A stretch of DNA of 64,000 nucleotides from an uncultured Chroococcidiopsis sp. (GCA_964248365.1 CAXTYC010000001.1:256001-320000), one strand, 5' to 3'. Shown: positions 34,468 to 43,908, counted from the stretch's first letter. The notes: a model not told the origin generated them from the letters alone. Translations and numbers: made by a program.

Positions 34468-35499
34468 CTACTCAACGCTTTGATTTAGGATTGCTTCAAT
34501 ACCATATTGCACTCGTACTAGTTCCTGACGCTGTTTGTTAATCCAAGCTTTTTGTGCCTGACGCTGTTCGGGTGTTTCTTGCTGATATCGCGCTTGTCGC
34601 TCTAGGAAATCATTGTAGAATGCAACAGCCTGTTCAAGAGCTTGAGTCGCTAATTTAAACCTGCCGTCAAAAACTGAGTTAATAATATTTTCAATTTTTG
34701 GAATTACTTGCTCTTCGCTAAACTGGGTAAACTGCTGCAAAGTTATCGAACGACCAAAATTTTGCTTTTCAAAATTTTCAAGCGTAGGATTAACAAAATC
34801 ATCAAATTTATTAACACTATCAGGCGAATTATTGGTTGAATCACTAAAAACCTTCTCAATATCACTAAGTATTATATTTATCTTAGTTGGCGAATCAGCT
34901 TTTGATTGTTGAGGGAGAAAGCTGACATAGTATTGAATTGTTTCTATGTTAATTATTGCTGCTAGTTCTTGCTCAATAAGTTTCAGGCACTCCTTGAGCA
35001 TCAAATTCATGTCTTTAGCTTGCAAATCTAAATTTAGACGTATATGCTGAAGCAACTTATCCTTATCCCAAGCAGCTAAATCTTTTGTTTTCCAAGTTTT
35101 GGCATCAACAAACCATGTTTCTTTTAGGAATTCATATCTTTCATTCCAAGACTGTTTAGCTTGTTTGAGTGCTTCAGATTTGTATTGACTTCCTAAAAGA
35201 GGAGTTTTGTAGACGCGCCCACTAATCTCCCCTAGCTGTTGCCAAATCTCAAGTTTCGATACTTCAGCAATCCTGAGTTTGCTATTCCAAACATTCTCGG
35301 CGCGATCTAGTTGATTTAAACTTACCTGAACTAACTCTTTGAGTCTACTAGCCGACAGCCTCAATTCTTCAAGACACGGTTGAACTGACTCTTTAAGTTG
35401 TGTAGCAGCTTGTTTAAGTTCTAGACAATTCGGCTCAGCTTTTAAAGTTTGCTCAACAGATTCAGTAATATTTTGAAAGGTCTGAAAATATTCATTCAT
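34468..35499 (-). CDS. Helical coiled-coil protein resembling the stalk part of cyanobacterial dynamin-like proteins, no GTPase motif
   Basis: All-helical composition; FYNDFLERQARYQQETPEQR..KAWI tail; family call is inference. Confidence 0.55.
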   Translation of the reverse strand: MNEYFQTFQNITESVEQTLKAEPNCLELKQAATQLKESVQPCLEELRLSASRLKELVQVSLNQLDRAENVWNSKLRIAEVSKLEIWQQLGEISGRVYKTPLLGSQYKSEALKQAKQSWNERYEFLKETWFVDAKTWKTKDLAAWDKDKLLQHIRLNLDLQAKDMNLMLKECLKLIEQELAAIINIETIQYYVSFLPQQSKADSPTKINIILSDIEKVFSDSTNNSPDSVNKFDDFVNPTLENFEKQNFGRSITLQQFTQFSEEQVIPKIENIINSVFDGRFKLATQALEQAVAFYNDFLERQARYQQETPEQRQAQKAWINKQRQELVRVQYGIEAILNQSVE

Positions 35500-35649
35500 T
35501 TATACTTGTCCTTGACGAATCTGCTACTGTTACTCCTAAATTTAGGATGCCCAGATTCAACCAAAATTCATACAAGTAGGGATAAACACGGTTATTTTTC
35601 CTCAAACGACAAGCTAGGCTGTAAAAAATAATTTCTATTAGCCAAAAAT

Positions 35650-36927
35650 ATGATGTTTCAATTTGCCCCAGCAATACAGGCGGGGATTAACTCTGGTGTG
35701 TATGAGATTGTGCGTAATACAGCTACAGGAGAATTACTAGGCATAGCTAGAGATAAAGCAACAGGTCATTTTGTAGCTCAAGCAATTGGTCTTACAAACC
35801 AAGCGACTGGCTTGACGATGAATCCGCTAATTGCTCCTGCACAGCTAGTAATGGGTGGCTTGCAGATGGTTCAAACTCATAAAGGGTTTCAAAAGACCTA
35901 CAGAATGCTTGATGCTCTCCAGGCAAGCGTAGGAGTGCTACAAGCAACCACAGCTGTGATTGGTGTCGGAACTGTCGTAGGTGCAGTCTTGTCAGCGGTT
36001 AATCTTCGCCAAACATTGAAATTGAGGGAAGACGTAAAGCAACTGAGGCTAGAAGTCAAAGACGGCTTTATTGATATGAAAAAAGTGCTGAAAGAACAGC
36101 AAGAAGAAATAATACAACGAATTGACTATGTTGCCCAAGACATCGAATTTAAGCATCACCGTACAATTTTAGTTCGAGCTTACGGGCTTTTTGCCAAAGC
36201 GATCGCACGTCTGCAATTGGCATTGATGATACAAGATGTAAACCTGCGAAATTTGGAAATTAGCGGCGCACGGGATATGTTATTTATGGCTCTAGCAGAT
36301 TATGATAATGGTCATCTGCTGGAGGGAACTTGTTGTGCTGGACAACTTCGTAGAAGAGAGTGCGTTTGGGCAATTGAGCAAGCAATTACCATAACCTATC
36401 AGATGCAGGGTGTGTATGAAGTAGTGAGCGATCGCCTCTCCCAACTACAAAATAAAATCCGTCAAGATGCACTCACTTTCATTAACGGTTGTGAATCTCA
36501 AGATGAGCTAGATTTTCTTTTCCCTGAAATCACTCGAATTCATAACCATGATCTAGCTGTACTAAAATCCTGGCAAAATCATATTGACTGGATGCCAATA
36601 TCATCAGACGAGCAACAGATGTTAGCTAGTTTAGTACCAACTGCTGATACAGATAATGAAAACCCAGTTGTTGTAGAACCAGAAGAACAATTACTATATG
36701 AGAATTTGAAACAAAAATCTCATTACTTATCCTTGCGAGATCAACTGCAATTCATGATTAAGCCTAATTTACGCCCTCCTCATGAATTGTATATTAATCA
36801 ACAAGCAATAGCCTCTGATTATCTAGCTCTAGCACCCTCAAATTGGCAAGAAATTCCTGATTTAACTGTTGCTAACCTCTACTGGTACTTCAAAGCTAGA
36901 GAAGAATCACACCAATCTAGGCAATAA
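35650..36927 (+). CDS. Hypothetical protein with central hydrophobic segment and coiled coil
   Basis: 425-aa ORF; VGVLQATTAVIGVGTVVGAVLSAVNL. Confidence 0.7.
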   Translation: MMFQFAPAIQAGINSGVYEIVRNTATGELLGIARDKATGHFVAQAIGLTNQATGLTMNPLIAPAQLVMGGLQMVQTHKGFQKTYRMLDALQASVGVLQATTAVIGVGTVVGAVLSAVNLRQTLKLREDVKQLRLEVKDGFIDMKKVLKEQQEEIIQRIDYVAQDIEFKHHRTILVRAYGLFAKAIARLQLALMIQDVNLRNLEISGARDMLFMALADYDNGHLLEGTCCAGQLRRRECVWAIEQAITITYQMQGVYEVVSDRLSQLQNKIRQDALTFINGCESQDELDFLFPEITRIHNHDLAVLKSWQNHIDWMPISSDEQQMLASLVPTADTDNENPVVVEPEEQLLYENLKQKSHYLSLRDQLQFMIKPNLRPPHELYINQQAIASDYLALAPSNWQEIPDLTVANLYWYFKAREESHQSRQ

Positions 36928-36972
36928 CTGGGAAACGAAATATTCAAGCTTAACGATACTAGAAGCGATTTT

Positions 36973-37152
36973 GAGATCTTGCACCTGTTGCAACAACCGC
37001 CTGTGAATCAATTCACAGGCTAATAGCTAAAACCCATTGAAATGGGTTAGAGTTTGCCCAATAGTCTACTTCAGTAGACTTTCACTATTAGCTTTGAGAA
37101 TTAATTCTCAAGGCGGGTAGTGGTACGTCTTGAGAATGCTGCAAGATGTGAG
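36973..37152. mobile_element. Miniature element: inverted pair of double-hairpin units inside ATCTTGCA/TGCAAGAT ends
   Basis: Units at 36997-37048 and 37063-37116, same architecture as 34001-34312. Confidence 0.7.
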
Positions 37153-37196
37153 GATCACCACTTCTCTTAGCGTCGAGGCGTGACTGCCAAATCTAC

Positions 37197-39224
37197 CTAT
37201 TTCGGTACTTGCCAAATCTTGATAGTCTTGTCTTCACTGGCACTAACTAGAGTATTACCGTCGGGGCTGAACGCAACTGCCCAAACTGAAGCTGAATGCC
37301 CCTTGAAGGTAGCTATATCTTCTCCTGTGATTAGGTTCCATACTTTGACTGTTCTGTCATCACTGCCAGTAGCGATTTTCTGACCATCGGGGCTAAAAGC
37401 GACGAAATTCACATCGGCTGTATGCCCCGTCAGGGTGCGTATTTCCCGTCCTGTATTCGGGTTCCAAATTTTGATGGTCTTATCATCACTGACACTAGCC
37501 AGTTCTTGACCATTTGGGTTGAAGGCAACCGAGTTAACATCGGCTGTATGCCCTAGTAGGGTGCGTATTTCTTGCCCTGTATTTAGATTCCAGATTTTGA
37601 TTGTCTTGTCCGTACTACCACTAGCAAGCTTCTGACCATCTGGGCTAATGGCAACAGACAAAACTTCGCCTAAATGCCCCTTCAGGGTGGCAAGTTCCTG
37701 TCCTGTCTTTAAATTCCAAATTTTGATTGTCTTGTCATAACTACCACTAGCAATCTTCTGACCATCTGGGCTAATGGCAACGGTATCAACATAGCTGGTA
37801 TGCCTCGTCAGGCTACGTAGTTGCTGCCCCGTGTTCAAGTTCCAAACTTTGACTGTTTGGTCTTTACTGCCACTGACAAGGGTTTGACCATCTGGGCTGA
37901 TGGCGACGGAGTAAACCCAGTTTGTATGCCCTCTAAGGGTATTCAGTTCCTTGCCTTCGTTCAGATTCCAGATTTTGATCGTTTGGTCGTCACTACCACT
38001 GGCGAACTTTTGTCCATCTGGGCTGAATGCAATGGTATTAACTTCACCCGTATGTTCCGTCAGGGTGGGAATACGCTCAAGATGCCAGTAGCTATATCCT
38101 GCTAATCCTAATAGCAGCAAGACGCTGCCCACTAGCAGTCTATTTTTTAGAAGTTTGGTTGGTGTAACTGGGGGAATAAGGCTACGTTTGCCATGCTTTG
38201 GTTGGAAGCGCACTCCTTTTCTAGAGGATAGTTCGGGCAGATTAGTATTCGCCACAGCCCTTTCGTAAAGCTGGCTGTTAGCGATCGCGCTTAGCGGCAT
38301 TTGTGTCACACCCCTTGCTGGGGATGATGGCTGTGCATAGTTATTTAAGTCCTGAAAAACTTCATCCACACTTTGATAGCGTTGCTGAATAATTTTTTGC
38401 AACAGCTTATCTAGTACTCGCTCTAGTTTTTGACTAATCGGTGATTTGAGATCTTGCCGCCAATTGGTCACCCAACTGTAGCCCTGTTGGGTCCATAATC
38501 GAGATGGGTGAACTCCAGTCAGTAGATGAAAGCAAGTCACACCTAAACTGTAAAGATCGCTAGCTGGATATGCTTCGCCATCGTTCATTTGCTCCAGTGA
38601 GGCATAGCCATAGGAACCGATGTTTGTTCCCGTTAGTGCGATCGCTGTTGCTGTAAAGTGCTTGGAAATACCAAAATCAATCAGTACTAATTTGCCATCA
38701 CCCACGCGGCGGATAATATTTTCTGGCTTAATATCTCGATGAATCACATCATGGGCATGGACAAACTGTAGCACTGGCAACAAGTCATCCAGCAGTTGCC
38801 ATATCTTTTTCTCACTAAATATTCCCTGCTGCTGCAATTCCTGCTGTAAAGTTTGCCCTGTAATCAACTGCTGTACTAGATACAAGTAATGATCCTGTTC
38901 AAAGTAGGCATACAAAGTGGGAATCTGCGGATGTTCACCTAGCTGTTGCAAACGCCGCGCTTCTTCCTCAAACAGCGCAGTCGCCTTTTGAAAAGCTTTG
39001 CTTCCTTGAAATTGCGGTACTAGCTGCTTAACGACGCACGGTTCATTCAGCTTGTCTTCATCTGAGGCTAGAAAAGTTCTGCCAAATCCCCCATTACCCA
39101 ACAGGCGGATGATCCGATAGCGGTTTCGTAGCAGCGGCTCGATTTTTGCACCGCAACTTTCACAGAAGTTTACCTGCTGCTCATTCACGGGCTTCTGGCA
39201 ACTGGGATTGAGGCAGTAAGTCAT
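37197..39224 (-). CDS. Ser/Thr kinase with TM helix and WD40 repeats
   Basis: YCLNPSC, HRDIKPEN, DFG, TM segment, seven WD40 repeats. Confidence 0.93.
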   Translation of the reverse strand: MTYCLNPSCQKPVNEQQVNFCESCGAKIEPLLRNRYRIIRLLGNGGFGRTFLASDEDKLNEPCVVKQLVPQFQGSKAFQKATALFEEEARRLQQLGEHPQIPTLYAYFEQDHYLYLVQQLITGQTLQQELQQQGIFSEKKIWQLLDDLLPVLQFVHAHDVIHRDIKPENIIRRVGDGKLVLIDFGISKHFTATAIALTGTNIGSYGYASLEQMNDGEAYPASDLYSLGVTCFHLLTGVHPSRLWTQQGYSWVTNWRQDLKSPISQKLERVLDKLLQKIIQQRYQSVDEVFQDLNNYAQPSSPARGVTQMPLSAIANSQLYERAVANTNLPELSSRKGVRFQPKHGKRSLIPPVTPTKLLKNRLLVGSVLLLLGLAGYSYWHLERIPTLTEHTGEVNTIAFSPDGQKFASGSDDQTIKIWNLNEGKELNTLRGHTNWVYSVAISPDGQTLVSGSKDQTVKVWNLNTGQQLRSLTRHTSYVDTVAISPDGQKIASGSYDKTIKIWNLKTGQELATLKGHLGEVLSVAISPDGQKLASGSTDKTIKIWNLNTGQEIRTLLGHTADVNSVAFNPNGQELASVSDDKTIKIWNPNTGREIRTLTGHTADVNFVAFSPDGQKIATGSDDRTVKVWNLITGEDIATFKGHSASVWAVAFSPDGNTLVSASEDKTIKIWQVPK

Positions 39225-39354
39225 AATTAGCCATTGATCAGCCGTTGAATATATAATAAATCTTTCCTAAAAAGGATTTATTATTGCCCAGGAAGGGGCG
39301 ATCGCTACTCTTGACTCGTATGATGATTGAGGATAGTAGCAAGCTGTAACGATC

Positions 39355-40347
39355 ATGAATACCTCCTTTTGTGTTAATCGCTTGGTAAGAGTTGGTTTGG
39401 TTGGTACTGGGTATGCTGCTAAGCTACGGGCAGAGACATTGCAAAAAGACGATCGCGCACAGTTAGTTGCAATTGTCGGTCATAGCTGGGAAAAAACAGC
39501 CGAATTTAGCCAAACTTATCAAGCTCAGAGTATGAATTCCTGGGAACAACTATTAGAGCGTGATGATATAGATTTGGTAGTAATTTGTAATATTAACCTC
39601 TTGCATGGGGCGATCGCGCGGGCTGCTTTGCAAAACCACAAACACGTCGTTGTCGAATATCCCCTGTCTCTCGATGTAGCCGAAGCAGAAGAACTAATAG
39701 CCCTTGCACAAACACAAAATAAACTCTTGCACGTAGAGCATATTGAATTACTAGGCGGCTTGCATCAAGCTTTAAAGCAAAACTTACCCAAAATTGGCAC
39801 GGTGTTCTATGCTCATTACAGTACCATCAATCCCCAACGTCCCGCACCGCGTAAGTGGACATACAATCAAGAATTATTTGGCTTTCCTCTAAGTGGCGCA
39901 CTTTCCCGTATTCACCGCTTCACTGATTTATTTGGTACTGTTGCTACAGTTAGTTGTCAAAACCGCTATTGGGGTGCAGACTCTGAATTTTACACAGCTT
40001 GCCTTTGTACAGCACAGTTACGCTTTACCAATGGTGTTGTAGCATCCGTTACCTATGGTAAGGGAGAAACTCTCTGGGAGAACAAAAACAAGTTTGAAGT
40101 TCACGGCGAAAAAGGCGGGTTAATTTTCGACCAGCAAGAAGGTATTTTAGTACAAGCAGACCAAACTACACCAATTGAAGTTGGAACCCGTCGCGGATTA
40201 TTTGCCAAAGATACAGATATGGTTTTAGATCGCTTGTTGACAGAAACGCCATTATATGTTAAAGCAGAAGCGAGTTTGTACGCTCTCAAAGTTGCAGATG
40301 CAGCAAGGCGATCGGCTCAAACAGGGGAAACTATTGTTATGGAGTAG
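39355..40347 (+). CDS. bvdR: Biliverdin reductase (Gfo/Idh/MocA family)
   Basis: VGTGYAA, KHVVVEYPL, LHVEHIELLGG, WTY..FGFPL. Confidence 0.85.
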   Translation: MNTSFCVNRLVRVGLVGTGYAAKLRAETLQKDDRAQLVAIVGHSWEKTAEFSQTYQAQSMNSWEQLLERDDIDLVVICNINLLHGAIARAALQNHKHVVVEYPLSLDVAEAEELIALAQTQNKLLHVEHIELLGGLHQALKQNLPKIGTVFYAHYSTINPQRPAPRKWTYNQELFGFPLSGALSRIHRFTDLFGTVATVSCQNRYWGADSEFYTACLCTAQLRFTNGVVASVTYGKGETLWENKNKFEVHGEKGGLIFDQQEGILVQADQTTPIEVGTRRGLFAKDTDMVLDRLLTETPLYVKAEASLYALKVADAARRSAQTGETIVME

Positions 40348-40408
40348 GGTGGGCATTGCCCATCAACAACGAATTTTGTGCTTGCATAAACTTTAGATTA
40401 TTATTTCA

Positions 40409-40453
40409 CGCAAAGACGCATTCGCGGAGCGTTGCCGCAGGCTAGGCGCAAAG
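40409..40453 (+). repeat. 45-bp dispersed repeat; inverted copy at 41272-41315
   Basis: CGCAAAGACGCATTCGCGGAGCGTTGCCGCAGGCTAGGCGCAAA; one mismatch to the reverse complement of the second copy. Confidence 0.85.
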
Positions 40454-40509
40454 GTGAGAAGATTATCACTAGTATGCCACCCATGCCCACCAACAATGAA
40501 TTATTGTTA

Positions 40510-41220
40510 CTAATTTTTAGTTGCTACCCAGCCGCCAAACAAAAGCCCTGTATAAAATTTCATAATATTTCCGAAGTCTGCTTGCTCTAATAATTCCAAA
40601 ACTCTCTGTTCTGGGATAAAATGAATACCTTCAAGTCTTGCTTTTTCTCGCTTTTCTATCATTTCCAAACTCATTCCCATTTCTTGGCTGTATAGTCTCC
40701 ATACTTGGGCAAGTTGCTCAAAAGTTTCAGTTCCTTTTTCACCAAACAAGTCAACCAGAATAAAAGTAGCTGATGATTTCAGACGTTGGGAAATACTTTG
40801 AATTAAGGCAAGTTTGCTGCCATCATCGGGAAGAAAGTGCATTACCAAAATACAAGTTGCTGCATCATATAAGGGAGTATCAGATAGTTCGTGTGTGTAT
40901 CCTTGAAATAGCTTTACTCTCTCAGATAAATCGTTTTGATCTATTTTACTTTGAGCAATTGTAAGCATGTTGACCGATGGATCTACACCTAGCAATTGCC
41001 ACTGTGAATTTGCCTTACCAAATGTTACCAACTCCATGCCGCTACCAGCACCTACAACTAACAAATTAGCTTTTTCAGGTAGCCTTGAGCGAAAAAAAGA
41101 CAATACCATTGTATGTATATCTTCGTACCCAGGAATAGACATCCGTATCATCTCGTCATATTCGCTGGTAGGAACTGGTGGATTAGTGTCAAAATCTAAA
41201 GTAATTTTCTGTTCTTTCAT
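40510..41220 (-). CDS. Class I SAM-dependent methyltransferase (CmoA-like)
   Basis: IPGY, LLVVGAGSGME, GVDPS, LVMHF. Confidence 0.85.
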   Translation of the reverse strand: MKEQKITLDFDTNPPVPTSEYDEMIRMSIPGYEDIHTMVLSFFRSRLPEKANLLVVGAGSGMELVTFGKANSQWQLLGVDPSVNMLTIAQSKIDQNDLSERVKLFQGYTHELSDTPLYDAATCILVMHFLPDDGSKLALIQSISQRLKSSATFILVDLFGEKGTETFEQLAQVWRLYSQEMGMSLEMIEKREKARLEGIHFIPEQRVLELLEQADFGNIMKFYTGLLFGGWVATKN

Positions 41221-41403
41221 TTACTTATTAAACTTCTTGCCTAAAGTGCTTGGAACTTTTAGCGTCCAACTTTTGCGCCTAGCCTGCGGCAACGCTCCGC
41301 GAATGCGCCTTTGCGCGAAACAAAAAAAGACTTTTGCGCCTGCTGGGAAGCTATAATTATAAAGCTTTCCTTCTAAAATTCAAATTGTGTAAAACAGTTG
41401 TTA

Positions 41404-42621
41404 CTAAGATTTATGATCAAGGCGAATAGCTTCCTCTAAAGCTGATTTCTCTCTAGATCTTTCGACATATGGTTGTAATTTTGTTAAATTCCAGCCTGTA
41501 ATAATACTCAAATTCTCTAAACTAATTCCCTTCATCAACATTTCTACACACCACGTCTGTTGAGCTTGTTCAATTGCTGGTTGTTGTCCTTCTGGAGTTA
41601 ATATTCCTTCCGTTAATACTTGCCAGCGTGACTGTATTTCTAATTCGGAAATTGGCATTCCATCATCGTTTAAAAATAATGCCCAATGCTCATCTTTTCG
41701 ACTTTTAAGCCATTGGGTTAGGGGATTACGAGTATAGGAACCGTAGCGCTTACCCATGATCCACTGATTGACTGGAACTTGTCGAAAGGGTTGTTGAGCA
41801 ATCTGCAATAAGTGCTGATTGCTATCGCTTATTTGATGCGATCGCTCTAACTTAACAATTTCTGCTGGTGATAAACCTGCTCCAAATAATACATACATTA
41901 ATGCATAATCTCGCAGTCCAGATTTTTTGGCTTTTTGCAGAATTGAGTGAACCCCTTTTGCAGGTAAATCTATAACTTTCGTTTCCAGGCTGCGCTGGGG
42001 AACGAGGGAAGAGGGAGAATCTTCTAGCACAGCATTGTTTAAAAACAGCGCTACCAAATTCTCTAAAAATTCATCTCTATCACGCCAAAGTTCGTGAGAT
42101 TCACTGGTAAATTCAATTACGGCATACCCCAACAGCATAATATTGAGTAAGCTTGCTAGCTTTTCAGGTGGTAATTGGGTATGTAATTGCTCTTTTTCCA
42201 TTACCATTGCTAAATATTCGGCAACATAGCCGTTAGCTTCGGTTAAACCTTGTCCTAGTGCTTGACGATTTTCTATCGGATACTTCCTCGCCTCACCCAA
42301 TATCGATAGCAATAATTCTGGGATTTGTTCTAGCGTCTGCAAGCGATCGCTGGCATAATTTTTCAGAGCTTCATATACACTACTAGTTTGATTTGCCTGT
42401 TGTTGTAAGGATTCTCTCAACCCTTGAAAGACGGCTGATTCTGAAATTACTGCCAAGAGCAATCCGTGCTTGTTGCCAAAGTGCCGAAATAACGTCACTT
42501 CATTAACTTTCGCTAATTCTGCAATCTGTTTAGTTGTCGTTTCCGTAACTCCCCCAACGGCGAATAACTCCAAAGCTGCATTGATTAGTCGCACTCGTGT
42601 TGAATTTGTTTGAGCAGGCAT
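41404..42621 (-). CDS. TetR-family regulator fused to a degenerate tyrosine-recombinase-like domain
   Basis: TetR HTH (TTTKQIAELAKVNEVTLFRHFGNK); C-terminal RDYALMYVLFGAGLSPAEI and WCVEMLMKGISLENLSIITGW..LQPY. Confidence 0.85.
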   Translation of the reverse strand: MPAQTNSTRVRLINAALELFAVGGVTETTTKQIAELAKVNEVTLFRHFGNKHGLLLAVISESAVFQGLRESLQQQANQTSSVYEALKNYASDRLQTLEQIPELLLSILGEARKYPIENRQALGQGLTEANGYVAEYLAMVMEKEQLHTQLPPEKLASLLNIMLLGYAVIEFTSESHELWRDRDEFLENLVALFLNNAVLEDSPSSLVPQRSLETKVIDLPAKGVHSILQKAKKSGLRDYALMYVLFGAGLSPAEIVKLERSHQISDSNQHLLQIAQQPFRQVPVNQWIMGKRYGSYTRNPLTQWLKSRKDEHWALFLNDDGMPISELEIQSRWQVLTEGILTPEGQQPAIEQAQQTWCVEMLMKGISLENLSIITGWNLTKLQPYVERSREKSALEEAIRLDHKS

Positions 42622-42630
42622 CGGTTAAAG

Positions 42631-42698
42631 ATGCAAGTAACGCTTGCATTTAAAAGAAATCTCTGTTAGGCTAACAGATGTAAGTAGCACTTGCATCT
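42631..42698. promoter_or_regulatory. Two palindromic operator-like sites in the tetR/desC divergent region
   Basis: ATGCAAGTAACGCTTGCAT (42631-42649) and ATGTAAGTAGCACTTGCAT (42678-42696). Confidence 0.7.
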
Positions 42699-42847
42699 AC
42701 TTCTACTGTAGCTGGCGATCGCCAGTTACCACAGTAGGGGATAGCGGAGGGATTGATTTTTACATCGTTTTTCAAAGCGACCAGGTAAAATCCCCCTTTC
42801 TTGGTGCAAAACGTCATTTTACGGTATTCATTCAAAAGGAAATATCT

Positions 42848-43690
42848 ATGACCACATACTCAGGTGTAGCTGAGGGTAAGCAGCAGCTTGCTCTAAGCTG
42901 GATCAACGTGGCTTTTTTTGGTACAATTCACGCCTTGGCAATGCTTGCTCCCTGGTTTTTTTCCTGGTCTGCTTTGGGAGTAATGATATTCCTGCACTGG
43001 TTGTTTGGCAGTATTGGTATTTGTTTAGGATATCACAGGCTTTTGACTCACCGCAGTTTGCAGATTGCTCCCAAGTGGTTGGAATATGCGATCGCTACCT
43101 TGGGTGCGCTTGCTATCCAAGGAGGACCAATTTTTTGGGTGGCTGGACATCGACTACATCATGCTCATACAGAAGATGTAGACAAAGATCCCTACTCTGC
43201 CAAGCGGGGTTTTTGGTGGAGTCATATGGGATGGCTTCTTTACTCACGTCCAGAGTTTTTTGAATACGAAAGTTATAAAAAATACGCCCCCGATCTAGAC
43301 CGCGATCCATTCTATCGTTGGCTAAATCGCAACTACTTGCTACTCCAAATTCCCGTTGGCATCCTATTATATGCTTTGGGCGGATGGTCTTTTGTAATTT
43401 ATGGTGTATTCCTCCGCGCAGTATTGCTTTGGCATAGCACCTGGCTAATTAACTCCGCATCCCACATACGCGGTTATCGTAATTTCCAGGTGGAGGACAA
43501 CTCTCGTAATTTATGGTGGGCTGCTCTTTTAACTTATGGAGAAGGTTGGCACAACAATCATCACGCTCACCCCAATGTCGCACCAGCCGGAAGGCATTGG
43601 TGGGAAATCGATATGACGATGTGGGCAATAAAAACTTTGCAGGCTTTGGGGTTAGCCAAGAAAGTGATCCTACCACCAACCCAAGTTTAA
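42848..43690 (+). CDS. desC: Acyl-lipid delta-9 desaturase
   Basis: His boxes HRLLTH, HRLHH, HNNHH; ATG 42848 with AAGGA RBS. Confidence 0.9.
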   Translation: MTTYSGVAEGKQQLALSWINVAFFGTIHALAMLAPWFFSWSALGVMIFLHWLFGSIGICLGYHRLLTHRSLQIAPKWLEYAIATLGALAIQGGPIFWVAGHRLHHAHTEDVDKDPYSAKRGFWWSHMGWLLYSRPEFFEYESYKKYAPDLDRDPFYRWLNRNYLLLQIPVGILLYALGGWSFVIYGVFLRAVLLWHSTWLINSASHIRGYRNFQVEDNSRNLWWAALLTYGEGWHNNHHAHPNVAPAGRHWWEIDMTMWAIKTLQALGLAKKVILPPTQV

Positions 43691-43714
43691 GCTATTTGAA
43701 ATTCGTTAAATTCT

Positions 43715-43752
43715 CTAGCTCGATGTTTTCGCTTCGGGCTAGGTTTCTTTTT
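43715..43752 (+). terminator. Intrinsic terminator after desC
   Basis: CTAGCTCGA..TCGGGCTAG stem followed by T-rich tail. Confidence 0.55.
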
Positions 43753-43771
43753 GCTCTTGCTTTTGTTTAAG

Positions 43772-43908
43772 TTTTCTGGTACTATTTTTATAATGGAGCT
43801 ATGGACTTTTATAAAAATTTTGCACAGATTCCCATTATAAAGTAAATCATATCATAACCCTCCAAACAAATCAAGAGAACCCGAAAAAAAGGGGCGCGAT
43901 GAATAAAC
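43772..43908 (+). repeat. ~135-bp non-coding segment, inverted copy at 46416-46551
   Basis: Ungapped alignment by eye, ~80% identity in the 87-bp core; shared TATAAT. Confidence 0.8.

Noticed and set aside
41404..42621. Active integrase marking a prophage or island
   Set aside because: Catalytic Arg and His-x-x-Arg are missing; no att duplication or phage genes are visible.
42644..42847. 68-aa N-terminal extension of DesC
   Set aside because: Covers the operator/promoter region; ATG 42848 has an RBS and gives a normal length.
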